This document shows positions 37,935-50,210 of a stretch of 64,000 bases of DNA, one piece after another (within the stretch, counting starts at the first letter, position 1; every line of letters starts with the position of its first letter). A program made the position numbers and the translations under genes. Source of the DNA: Mobula hypostoma (Eukaryota); the NCBI RefSeq assembly GCF_963921235.1, contig NC_086108.1, forward strand, positions 98,458,001 to 98,522,000. Direction: 5' to 3'. Under the pieces are notes generated by a model. The model saw only the letters and a program-made list of their open reading frames with translations, searched no databases and had not been told where the DNA came from.

Positions 37935-39590
37935 CATTCTACAAGTATGTGAAGAGCAAGAGGATAAGACATGAGAGAATAGGACCAATCAAGTGTGACA
38001 ATGGAAAAGTGTGTAGGGAACCGGAGGAAATAGCAGAGGTATTTAATGAATACTTTGCTTCACTATTCACTACGGAAAAAGACCTTGGCGATTGTAGGGA
38101 TGACTTACAGTAGACTGAAAAGCTTGAGCATATAGACATTAAGAAAGAGGATGTGCTGGAGCTTTTGGAAAGCATCAAGTTGGGTAAGTCACCGGAACCA
38201 GACAAGATATACCCCAGGCGGCAGTGGGAGGCAAGGGAGGAGATTGCTGATCCTCTGGCAATATTCTTTGCATCACCAGTTGGGACGGGAGAGATTCCGG
38301 AGGATTGGAGGGTTGCAGATGTTGTTCCCTTATTCAAGAAAGGGAGTAGAGATAGCCCAGGAAATTATAGACCAGTAAGTCTTACTTCAGTGGTCGGTAA
38401 GTTGATGAGAAGATTCTGAGAGGCAGGATTAATGAACATTTGGAGAGGTATAATATGATTAGGAATAGTCAGCACGGCTTTGTCAAAGGCAGGTCGTGCC
38501 TTACGAGCCTGACTGAATTTTTTGAGGATGTGACTAAACACATTGATGAAGGAAGAGCAGTAGATGTAGTGTATATGGATTTCAACAAGGTATTTAATAA
38601 GGTACCCCAAGCAAAGCTTATTGAGAAAGTAAGGTGGCATGGGATCCAAGAAGACCTTGCTTTGTGGATCCAGAATTGGCTTGCCCACAGAAGGCAAAGT
38701 GTGGATGTAGATGGATCATATTTCGCATGGAGGTTAGTGACCAGTGGTGTGCCTCAGGGATCTGTTCTGGGACCTCTTCTCTTCGTGACTTATAAATGGC
38801 CTGGATAAGGAAGTGGAGGGATGGGTTAGTAAATTTGCTGATGACACGAAGGTTGGGGGTGTTGTGGATAGTGTGGATGCTGTCAGAGGTTACAGTGGGA
38901 CATCAATAGGATGCAAAACTGGGCTGAGAGGTTTTAGATACAGTTCAACCCAGATAAGTGGGAGATGGTTAGATTTGGTAGGTCAAGTATGATGGCAGAA
39001 TATAGTATTAATGGTAAGACTCTTGGCAGTGTGGAGGATCAGAGGGATCTTTAGGTTCATGTCCATACCAACCTCCATGACCCATCTACAATCACTCTTT
39101 GCCTTCTGTGGGCAAGCCATTTCTGGATTCACAAAACGATGTCCCCTTGGATCCCATGCCTCCTTACTTTCTCAATAAACCTTGCATGGGGTACCTTATC
39201 AAATGCCTTGCTGAAATCCATATACACTACATCTATGGCTCTACCTTCATCAATGTGTTTATTCACATCCTCAAAAAATTCAATCAGGCTTGTAAGGCAC
39301 GACCTGCCTTTGTGAAAGCCATGCTGACTATTCCTAATCATATTATGCCTCTCCAAACATTCATAAATCCTGCCTCTCAGGATCTTCTTCATCAACTTAC
39401 CAACCATTCAAGTAAGACTCACTGGTCTATAATTTCCTGATACAATAAGGTCTTTTAAGAGGCTCCTGGATAGGTACATGGAGCTTAGGAAAACAGAAGG
39501 CTAAGAGTAACCCTAGGTAATTTCTAAAGTAAGTACATGTTTGGCACAGCATTGTAGGCCAAAGGGCCTGTATTGTGCTGTAGGTTTTCT
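37935..39590 (+). mobile_element. CR1 insertion with internal inverted duplication
   Basis: 14-bp direct repeat atgtttctatgagg (37921-37934 / 39591-39604); forward RT 37935-39060, inverted RT piece ~39062-39438, forward 3' end ~39440-39590. Confidence 0.8.
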
Positions 39591-41774
39591 ATGTTTCTAT
39601 GAGGTTCTCTCTCATTCTTCTGAATTCCAGCGAATATAGTCCCAGGCAGCTCTGTCTCCCCTTGTGAGCTAACTCCCTCAAGTCTGGAATCAACTTACTA
39701 ACTCCTCTACACTGCCTCCAAAGGCAGTACATCTTTCCTCAAGAAAGAAGGCCAGAATTGCTCTTAAATTCAATCCCCCTAGCGATGAAGGCCAACATTC
39801 CATTTGCCTTCTTGATCACCTGGACATACGAGAGGGAAGGAGCCTAAGAAGACACAGGTGGGACTCTGGGAAGACACAGGGCAATTGTTTCAGCTTAGGG
39901 TGCCAGAGGTGAGTGATTTGCAATAGTGTTGGGGAGAGCAGTCTCAGTAGCAGCTCCTTAAAGTTAGTCAATATTGGAATCGTCCTGTTAGTATCTTGTT
40001 TACAGTGATAATTCATTAAGGCTTTCCCTAAAAAAAACAACTTACAAAGGATTTTTTTAATATTCATCCAAGAGATGAGTTTCAGTCACTTAGCCACGGA
40101 GCAGCTGAAGAAGAATCCAGAAGAGGGACTGCTGAAGAGAAGGGAAGACACAGGAAGGACCCTACTACCCAACTGCCTGCATCCCAGCTGTTCCCATGTC
40201 TCTACCTCTCCTGAGTCTGCAGATCCATAACTAGCCACTACAGTCACCAACAATAGTACCATTGCTCCTGTGGACTTTTCTTCCCTCCTGATCTTCACAA
40301 GCAGAGAATCAGCCAACATCAGTTTACTGATTAGTTACCAACCATAGGTGCCCCGGTGAAGGTGGTGATGATCTACCTTCCTGAACCATTACAGACTCTG
40401 AGGTGTGGACGTACCCACAGTTACGTTAGGGAGCGAGTTCTGGGATTTTGACCCAGTGACAATAAAAGAACCGCGATATATTCACAAGTCAGGATGGCGT
40501 GTAGCTTGGAGAGCAACTTCCAGGTAATGGTGGTCCCCATGCCTTCGCTGCCCTCGTCCTTCCAGATGGTGGAAGTCATGGGTTTAGAAGGTGAAGTCCA
40601 AGGAGTCTTGGAGAGTTGCTGCAGATGGTACACGCTGCTGATACTGTGCGTAGGTGGTGGAGTGAGTGGGTAATTGTGACTCACAATGCCCATTGCAAAA
40701 ATTAAAAATTATTATTACTGCTGATGTCCAACATCGTACTCCTACAGTTTTGAAATCTGTGAATACAGGAACTTTAAAGGTCTTGTTCTGGATATGTTTT
40801 CGTCACCATCATAGAGAGCATCCTGACATCAGCCGTTACTGTCTGGTTTGGTGCAATATCCTCTCACAGTATATCAAAATAACAGCAAACTGCCAGGTCA
40901 TTAGGTACAGTCTGCCATCACTGCAGGACTTGTATGTGTCCAAGTCAAAGAAGCAGGCAGGAAAAAAACCAATATGGACACTACACTCTTAGCAAACAGC
41001 CTTTTCCAAAAGCTCCTTTCTGGGATATTAAAACGTAAACATCACACCATTTTAAAAGCTTCTCCCCTCAGGCAGTTAATCTGATCAAGCATTCTAGTTA
41101 GAACACCCCCCTCCCCCACCCACCCTCTACAACTTCAGTCACTGCACTGCCCTGCAAACAGTTTAAACCAGTTTTTATAGTGCTATTTACATTGTAGGTA
41201 ATGCACTTATGCACATCTTATTCCATAGCTGTACTTTAACCTCTAACTTTGTATTTATATAATTCTTTACTCTTTATAGTTGTTGGATGCTGTTTCGTTG
41301 CTGCACCAACACACCACAGCAAATTCCTAATACATGGAAATGTAAATAGTGAACAATATTTATCCTTGATCCTTGATTAAAAATATCAGATTAAGTGAAC
41401 TCATTGTTATCTACGGTACATTATTATAACTACTGTCAAAATAATGCGGTTCCCTTTCATGGTACATTTTAGGTTACAGATGGAAAACTCACACAACATG
41501 CATCTAACCCTTCATTAGCCTCCAGTTTTCAAATAATCATGCTATAGAAATGAGGCGCAATTAAGCCAAGTGCCAACACCAGTTAAGATTTTTATGTTCC
41601 ATAGGTCTTGAATGGCGAGAGTACAATTATTAAACAAATAAAGCAAAATCATCTGAAATTTTAATATGGATAATTTAGTTTTACAATTCCTTCCCCCGTC
41701 TCCAAAATTATGACCAGGGAAGAAAATTAATTAAAATGCCCATAACTTATTTCTCAGTGGTGCCTTCTTTAGAG

Positions 41775-42060
41775 GGTGGCATGCCAGCGTAATGGTTAGC
41801 ACAACACTTTACAGTACAGACGACCTGGGTTCAATTCCCACTGCGCTAGAGGAGTTTGTACATTCTCCCTGTGACTGCATGGCTCCCCTCCGGGTGATCT
41901 GGCTTCCTCCCACAGTCCAAACACGTACCAGTTGATGAGTTAATTGGTCATTGTAAATTCTCCTGTGATTAGACTCGGATTAAAATTGGGGGATTGCTGG
42001 GAGGCTCAAATTGAAGGGTCAGAAGGACCTACTCCACACCTTATCTCAATAAAATAAAAT
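41775..42060 (+). mobile_element. tRNA-derived HE1/V-SINE-like SINE
   Basis: tagc A-box region, gggttcaattccc B box, ttcctcccacagtccaaa core, aataa tail. Similar copies near 7310, 18290(-), 31010, 33610(-), 42180, 49550 and 55360(-). Confidence 0.75.
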
Positions 42061-42103
42061 ATTTAGGAAGATATTACATTTATGAATGCAAAGAACCTTC
42101 AGA

Positions 42104-42174
42104 GCCTGGCTAGTTCAGTTGGTAGAGCATGTGACTTAATCCCAGGGTTCTGGGTTTGAGCCCCACGTTGGGTG
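42104..42174 (+). pseudogene. tRNA-Lys(CTT) pseudogene
   Basis: gcctggctagttcagttggtagagcatgtgact--taatcccagggttctgggtttgagccccacgttgggtg aligns end to end with vertebrate tRNA-Lys-CTT; 2-nt anticodon-loop deletion, TTCGA to TTTGA, CpG decay. Confidence 0.85.
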
Positions 42175-43485
42175 TTGCTGTTAGGGGTAGTGGTTAGCGT
42201 AACACTATTCCAATGCCAGCAATCTAGGTTCAGTTCTTGCCACTGTCTGTAAGGCATTTGTATTTTCGCTGGGTTCTCTGGTTTCATTCCACTTTCCAAA
42301 GAGGTATGTGTTAGTAGTTAATAATTCACAAGGGTGTAATTGGGCAGCACAAGCTCTCTGGGACAGAAGATCCTGCTACCATGCTAAATAAATCTCTAAA
42401 TAAAATTAAGTAAATAAATAAATACATACATACATAGCTTATGGCAGCTAATAATATATTTGTCTCCAGGTGGAATAAATTATAAAGACTATTGAGTAAT
42501 TGTGGTAGAGACCCATTAGGCTTTGTAAGTGGTTGAATATTGGCCATTTACTCCAGTCTGTCCAACTTCATTTCAGGTGGGAGCCCTGTTGCCAAATGAG
42601 GTGAGAATTTCAGGATTTTAACCATCAAAAATCATGGGCTTTTGGTCTTCAGTGTGCATCAGCTGGGTGTGTGTTGTGCAATTTTCACCAATGGGATGTA
42701 GGATCACCAAGGGTTTGCCCAATGGCATCCAGTGTTGCTGTAACTAAGATAAAATGGAAGGTGGCCCTTATGGAAAATGTCAGGGCATATTGTGGAATTA
42801 GGGTATATAACAAACATTGACTTCAGCAACCAATCCTTTGACCTGAATGTAAATTGTAAATTAAATTTAAAATGCAACCCTGGACAATAGTTTCCTGAAT
42901 CTGTGGATAGCAGTTAGTTGAAAAACTAGGCAATGTTGATTTTCTCTTGTTTGTAATTAACATTTATTTTAGGTGTCTGGAGTATTGGTGTGAAGAAAGA
43001 GGTGTGAATCTGATATGTAAATCAAAGGAAGCATTGTAGATACATTGTGAATTTAGAATTGCCCTTTGATCTTCAGCACATATAATGTCGTGTAATATTG
43101 GGTCAAACAGGCCTCTTCCTCTAGACAGTGTCTCATTTTTTGTTGACTAAACCACTTCTGTATCCATTAGCTTCAGTATTCTGTAGTGGCTTTGTGCAGA
43201 TTACAACAGAACCCATGAACAATGCTGGAGGAACTCAGCAGATCAGGCAGCATCTAAGGAGAGAAGTAAACAGTCAACGTTTCGGGCCCAGACCCATCAA
43301 CATTTTCTGCTGAGTTCCTCCAGCACTATCCATGTGTTCCTCAAGATTTCAGGAATCTGCAGAATTTCTGGTATTTAACATTTGTAGTACAGCTACTAAT
43401 ATACTGTAAATGACAAGATATTGAAGAGGCCCAGATGCATTCACACAGACTTCCACTGACAATAACTATAGGTGGATTTACTCAC

Positions 43486-45597
43486 GTTGTTGTTGGAAAC
43501 ATTAAGGTACTGAAGATGAGTCAGTTCACTGATCTCATCACCAATTGTAGTCAGGTGATTATTGCTGAAGTCCAAGTATCGTAACTTGCTGCATAAAAAA
43601 AGTTGTGTTGGAATGGTTTCTATTCTGTTATTGTTGAGATATAGCTGCTCCAGGTTTGAAAGAGTTCCAATTTGCAGTGGTATGTATGCTATTGCATTGT
43701 ACCAAAGTTTAAGACACGAGAGCCATTTCAAATGCTGGAAGCTAATAATTTCTTCTATGGTCTTCAGCCTGTTGCCTTTCAGATCAATCTCACGTAGATT
43801 ATACAAGCTAAAAATGGAATGTGGAATGCGTTCTAGGTCACAGTTCTGAAGTTCAAGGTGTGTGAGACTTACCATATTTTTCAGTGTATTGAACACAGTT
43901 AGTTTGGTTCCTTCATTATCAATGCACAGTTTGTTTAAGAGGAGTCCTGTACCAGTGACAATGGCTGGAATGTGAGGAAGACTGTTCTTCATGTGTAGAA
44001 CTTTTAATTTCTTCAGGTTCTCAAGGCCGCTCAGAGACACAAAGTTGTTCTTTTCCATTTTTAAGTTACCTGTTAAATGAAGCTCTGTCAGATTCTTCAG
44101 ATTAAAAATCCAACGTGGAGCTTTCTCCATGTCAGTGAACTTGATGTGCAGTACTTGCAGGTTTTCGGCTAAACAGTTCAATGCCTGCAGGTCCACAATG
44201 GTCGGCGTGTGGTAAAGATGGAGCTCTTTGAGGTTAGTCAGCTGAGACATTGACGCTTTAAAATTGGCTTCTGTTATGAGCTCCAGTTTAAGTACCTCAA
44301 GCTCCTTCAGTTCAAAGACAGCATCAGGCAGTCCGCTGATCATGAACATGGACAACTCGACCTTGTCCTGAGGGTTCTTCTGCAGTTTATACCTCAGCCT
44401 TTCCGCAGTCCACTCCAAGTTCAGGTTAATCTGTTTCAGCTTGTTCTCACTGACTTCTGAAAGGAAGACCGAGAACCGCTTTGAATAAAGGGGGTCGTAC
44501 TGGTCGGAGAGGTGAAGAATGAAAGCAAAATCGTTTATAATGTCTGGAATGTCCCTGTAGCTGCTTTCCTCTCGGACAGTCTCAAAGGAATATTGCTTCA
44601 GTGAACGTCTGAGCATCCAATACAGGCTATAGACACATAGCAGTCCGTGTACTGCCACCAGTATAGCATAAAAAGATGCTAAGACCTTGAACATGATTGC
44701 CAGAGAATGGACACAGTGGTACTGTCTGTATCCTGTAAATATCTCGATGTCAACTTTGCAATTGATATCAAATTTCATCTCAGTAACAGAGTAAGGGGTA
44801 TAGACAATGATAGCAATTAATAGGAAGACCTTTATAATAATCTGCCACATGTACAGTTTGTAGATAATGTCTTTTTCTTCAACATGTACTTTGAACTTCT
44901 TCACCTTTTCAAAAATAGCCTTCGCCTGCTCTCCTTCCTTCTGGTCCAATATAGTTCTCTCAGCCGCGTCTGCCAGATTAAGCTTCACCCTGCTCTGCGC
45001 AGACTTGGTGGCCGCCTCGCCAGGCACGGAAGAGAAGGACGTGCTAGCCATCAACCTGGTCTTGTGGTAAGGCAGCTTCTCACCACTAATCTCCACCGCC
45101 TCGGACAGAGCCCGAGTGGTCCAGGGGGAGTTGAAGCACTTGAGGAGGATGGTGATGAAATGCTCGAGCCTGGAGCTGGTGCTGGGGTACTTGAACCAGA
45201 AGTTACTGCACATCAAGAGCAGAAGCGTCTGCCAGAGCACCAGGTAGGGGAAGAACTTGGAGAACCAATCAAGCTGCTTCTCGTAACACACGGCGTCAAT
45301 GAAGGCATACTGTTGCCTGTCGAGAAGGTTCTTAATCCCGCTCAGAGGAGGGAAGCTTCCATTCGGATTCCTCGACGCATTGTTCATGTACCAAGGGGGC
45401 TTGCAATGGTTGTCGACCACCACTTTGCAAGGAAGGCAAAGCATTTTGTTCTGAGCAATCTGAAGGGTTCCACCCAGCAGTGCAATCAGGAGCATCACCA
45501 TGCAGATGTAGTGGCTAAAAACATCCCACCAAGGCTTCAGTATGCGATATGCTGTTTGAGGATCGGTCAACCACTTGAATTCTGTCACTGTAAACAT
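43486..45597 (-). CDS. LRRC8B: LRRC8B-like VRAC subunit, main coding exon (704 codons: pannexin-like TM region plus most LRRs)
   Basis: ORF has LKPWWDVF, CLPCKV..DNHC..PW, DRQQY..IDAVCYEKQL, YPSTSSRLEHF, EGEQAKAIFEKVK, DQYDPLYSKRF and LRRs; these variants match LRRC8B better than A/C/D/E as I recall them. Acceptor ccctcccactccacag|GCTGCAGAGATG (exon start 45606); donor AAC|gtgagt after 43486. Confidence 0.93.
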
Positions 45598-46009
45598 CTC
45601 TGCAGCCTGTGGAGTGGGAGGGGTAGGTGGGGTATAAGTGGAAACATAATAAAATTACTTCAAAGTTTTTGCACCTTGTTGTCACGAGCAAACGGCAACA
45701 GTCAAGTGCTGGCATCGTGTCAGGGCTCAGAACCTCAGTCAAAGTAAATTTATTAGCAAAGTTCATAAAAGACACCATATGCTACCTTGGGATTAGTTTT
45801 CTTGCAGACATTTACAGGAAAATAAAGAAATTCAATGGAATTTATGAAAAATTATGCATAACAGGGACTGGCAAATAAGTCAAGCAGTGAATCAGAATGG
45901 AATTTTTGATCACTGGCCTATGTAATGATAGTTGTTATTTTGAGGCAGCAGGACAGCACAATACATAAAATTACTGTAAGTTACAAAATAAGTAAGAAGA
46001 TAGATAGGT

Positions 46010-46242
46010 CATCAATATTTATCGTGTCTTATGACATAGGCAGTCAGGATCTCATCACCATGATTGTTCTTGGCAATTTTTCTGCAGAAGTGGTTTGCCA
46101 TTGACTTCTTCTCGAGCAGGTGGTGGATGGTCGTATGAGCAGCCGGTGCATAATGGTTATGCGACCACTGACGTCAGAGAGACTACTCTGAAGAGTACTG
46201 ATAATGGCTGGGGACACCCGTCTTGTAAAGACACTGCCCAGA
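46010..46242 (-). mobile_element. RTE-tailed SINE with inverted 5' part
   Basis: TSD agataggt (46002-46009 / 46243-46250); the two halves are in opposite orientation and share agaaga at the break. Confidence 0.55.
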
Positions 46243-49200
46243 AGATAGGTGGGTAGGTAAATAGAAAAATAGATAGCCCAATATGGGTTCAGGGACAGTT
46301 CAGAAATTTGATGGCAGAGGGGAAGAAGCTGTTCCTAAAACAATGAGTGTGTGTCTTCAGTCTCCTTGTAACTACTTCGTGATGGTGGTAATGAGAAGAG
46401 GGCATATCCCGAGTGGTAAGGGTCCTTAATGATGGACGCTGGTTGAATATTCAGATACTCTTTTACCCTCTTTATTACCAGGCTGTGTCACAGGACAATT
46501 TAAATTCACAATACTGGTATTGCAAGAACCCAAGAGCATTGCATCTATACAGATAATGTTGTCAATTAAGATTCCCTAGATAATTAAAATGCAGTTTTCC
46601 AGGAAAGGAGCTAGGTTTTTTCCCCAAATGCTTAATGTTCACTCAAAATATGTTAAGTTAAAGGGGAGAATAAAATATGGGATTAATGTAGAATTAGTTA
46701 AATGGGTGATTGATTCCTAAATGGACATTGAACTATAAACACTACCTCACTTTTTCAATATATTATTTCTGTTTTTGCATGATTTTGAATCTCATACTGC
46801 AATTGATATATTTGTTTATTTATTCTTCTATATTATGTATTGCATTGAATTGCTGTTGCTAAGTTAACAAATTTCACGACACGTGCTGGTGATAATAAAT
46901 CTGATTCTGATAGTACAGCCTTATGGGCTGAAAGGCCTACGTCCATGCTCTATCATTCAATGACTTTATAACTCTGACATTCACACACCACTGTGAATAA
47001 TCAGCACATGTGAAGAAGTACCCAATCAATCATGTTGCTTTGACAGTGAAGGGTATCTAGCTGGTTACTTCACAGCCTGGTACGGAAACATCAATGACCA
47101 AGAATGGTAAACCCAACGAAAGGTAGTAGATACTGCCCAGTCCAGCACAGGAAACCTCCCCGCTCCGTCGAGCATATCTGCAAGGGGTGCCTCACCATCC
47201 AGGCCATCTGATCTCTGTGATGCTGCCGTCCAGAAGGAGGTACAGGAGCCTTAGCTCCCACACCACAAGGTTCAGTAACAGTTATTACCCTTCAACTATC
47301 AGGCTGCCGAACCAGCATGGATAACTTCACTCACTTCAACACTGAACTGGTTCCACAAGCTATGCATTCACTTTCAAGGAATGAAAGTGAATGCATAGCT
47401 ACCACTCATGTTCACTGTGTTTCTAGTTATTTATTTTGTATTTGCACAGTTTGATGTCTTTTTCACATTGTTTGTTTGTCAGTCTTTATCTGTAGTTTTT
47501 AAAAAAATGATTCTGTTGTATTCCTTGTTCTACTCTGAATGCCTGCAAGAAAATAAATCTCAAGGTGGTAGGTGGTGACATACACATACTTTGATAATGA
47601 ATTTATTTTGTGCTTTGGCGTAAACGCTGCCCTGCTCTGAGTGTTGTTGGACCTGCACTCATTCACGGAACTGGCATGCCTTCCGTCACACCCTTGATTT
47701 GTGAGTTGGTGGTAGAAAGGTGTCGGGACATCTGGAGCAGAATTAATATCTTGACTCTAGTTTAGCCAGACAATACTTTCTGGGGCCTCTTTTCACCCTT
47801 CCTCATGTTGGCTTATCAACATCGACCAGAAGCTGAGGTGGATCCACAAGAAAAGTTTGGGGTTTCTATAAGATCACACCCCATCTCATGCTTCTTAACT
47901 CATGAGTACAGGCCTAGAAGGCAGGACTGGACTGCCCAAGAGCAGTGGAAGAGGAGTCACTGACAGTATTTGAGAAGTGCCTAGATGAGAGCTTAAATCT
48001 CCAGGACATTGAAGGATAAGGACCAAGTGCTGGCAGATGGGATTATTGTGGATGGATGCAGCAGACTGGAGTGGAGCATGGGGGTAGTGAGACCCTTTCA
48101 AGAAGATATGTACTTATACCCAAAGGTGCCGCTCTTCAAAGCTCCCCCATCCCAATTCCCTGCTATTCATTGTTCTGGCCTAGTTTAACCTCCTGAAATG
48201 CATTACTTTGCACTAGTCCGAGTTAAGTTCCACCATCATTCCCAGGTCCACCTCCCCAGTTGATCTACCTATATCCATAAGCTTAGACAAACTTCCTCAT
48301 TGTCCACTCCACCACCAATTTGGATGTCATCTGTAAACCTACATGCCATCTACATTCTCTTCCAAATCAGGGAAGAAAGTGTGGGAGCTTCCTGTGTATA
48401 ATTTAGTCCAGCATTACAACCAGCATGAGCACACTTCAAACTTATTCTTCAGGCTAGCACTTTATTCCCCAGAGTTTAGGAGAATGAGGAGATTTGATAA
48501 GAGGTATACAGAATTAGAGGTAGCATGGGCCGAAGCTGCTCACTCAATCCTCCACACTGTACAGGGTGTGTGAGATGGCGCTTTCTAATCCCTAGAAGTC
48601 AGTGAGCTTACAGCACTTCAAGGGCTTATGAACTCCTCTCCTTGTAAAATACCCAGAAAATACTAGGCTCATTGTAAGTGACGTGCAAGTTTTTAATGAC
48701 CTTCCAAACTATTTGTACTGTTTAAGACCTCTGTCCTCCTTAAAAAAAAATTGATTTTAATTAACATTTTTGTAATTCATCTGTATAAATATATCAAATG
48801 AATTTCAAAGTAAATGGAAAAGGTTTTTTCAAATCTTTCTTTATAATATCCCTGCCAAGACTTAACCCAACTTGATTCTTTCAATCTAAATTTTTACTTC
48901 ACAAAAACGTTTGTCAAATGTGATTTTTAATTCACTGAAGGATTCTAATGGTGTGCCTGGCAGTTATGCCATCCTGATGACATCACTGTGTGTTGGGGAT
49001 TCCGGAGAACGGACAACCAGCGATGGGAAAGGAAATTCACGACTGAAGGCTCCCTGAGTCTCTGTGCGCCCCTTTGACAGAATCTGGTCACAAATACCAC
49101 TGGCTGATTAATGGCTCAGACTGTAGAAGTCATTGCTAACCATTTGCAAGGATGTGATATCACGTTACATTACTGGCCACGTAGCGTCAAACGTTCCATG

Positions 49201-49815
49201 CCAGAAAGTAACGGAGGAAATAGATTTCTAGCGACATTGATATGACATCATAATAACCAACTGTCAGCCTCACTAATTACCACACTTTCGGGCTCCGATT
49301 ACTTTTCTGATATAACCATAATTTGCAGCTACATTATGATTCTACTGGCAATGCGGCATGTCAACAACAGCTTGCATTTTACACAGCATCTTTAACAAAG
49401 TCATGTATTCCAAGGTGGTTAATGGGAGCCTTCTTAGTAAACGGCTTCTAATACAGAGCCACAAAAGGAGTGTTTCGGAGGATCAAGAACCAAGGAGATG
49501 TCAGGATTACTGGCCAAGATGGAGAGGTAGATGTTATGCAGCATCTTACAGGGTGGCATGCTTGTGTAAATCTCTTACAACACCAGCAACCTGGGTTCGA
49601 TTCCCATTGCGATCTTTGGTTTGTACATTCTCCTCGTGACCGTGTGGGTTTCCTCCAGGTAGACTGGTTTTCTCCCACAGCCCAAAGACATACTGGTTGA
49701 TAGGTTAATTGGTCGCTTGGGTGTAACTGGGCGGTGCAGGTTTATTGGGCCAGAAGAGCCTGTTACCATGCTGTATCTCGGAATAAGTAATTCTTGTAAA
49801 GGAAACATAGGGGGG

Positions 49816-50055
49816 AGAGGCAGAGGGCCATAGGATGGGAATTCAAGAGCTCAAAAGCCAAGGCATCTGAATGACCATTGGCAGAATGGTTAACATCAGA
49901 GTGTCAGAATATGAGGAGTGCAGGCATCATCAAAGGGGGCAGAGGGGTATAGGAGGGAAATTCAAAAGCTCAAAGCCAAGACATCTGAATGACCATTATT
50001 GGCAGAATGGTTAATATCAGAGTGTCAGAATTTGAGGAACGCAGGCATCATCAAA
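49816..50055. repeat. Tandem duplication of a ~120-bp unit
   Basis: ggcagaggg...catctgaatgacc...ggcagaatggttaa...gcaggcatcatcaaa occurs twice. Confidence 0.85.
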
Positions 50056-50099
50056 TGAGAACTAAGTTAACGAGTGACTTGGGAGTCAGGCAGACTTAC

Positions 50100-50210
50100 C
50101 TCAGGAACGGTTGGTTACAAATATGTGAAGCCTGGCAGATTAGAGAGGCTCTCTGTGTGTCTTGCTTTGGTGCTGGCCTTAGAATGGCAGCTGCTGCTGA
50201 CGTACTTCAC
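50100..50210 (-). promoter_or_regulatory. Candidate non-coding 5' exon of LRRC8B (5' boundary unknown)
   Basis: Consensus donor GAG|gtaagt (intron would start at 50099) in an apparently non-repetitive island; the ATG exon begins with an acceptor, so an upstream exon is required. Confidence 0.4.

Larger units (their letters stand above)
14916..43485 (-). other. LRRC8B last intron (~28.6 kb, GT-AG), mostly transposon-derived
   Basis: Canonical gtgagt/tacag ends; the joined protein has no gap relative to LRRC8 family structure. Confidence 0.88.

Noticed and set aside
42104..42174. Functional tRNA-Lys gene
   Set aside because: Anticodon-loop deletion, B-box mutation, stem mismatches and no oligo-T terminator.
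43441..43485. ORF tail VSKSTYSYCQWKSV as the true C-terminus
   Set aside because: It is read-through past a consensus gtgagt donor; the missing LRRs are in the 14643-14915 exon.
44884..45747. 287-aa plus-strand ORF
   Set aside because: Antisense shadow of the GC-rich LRRC8B coding strand; no recognisable domain.
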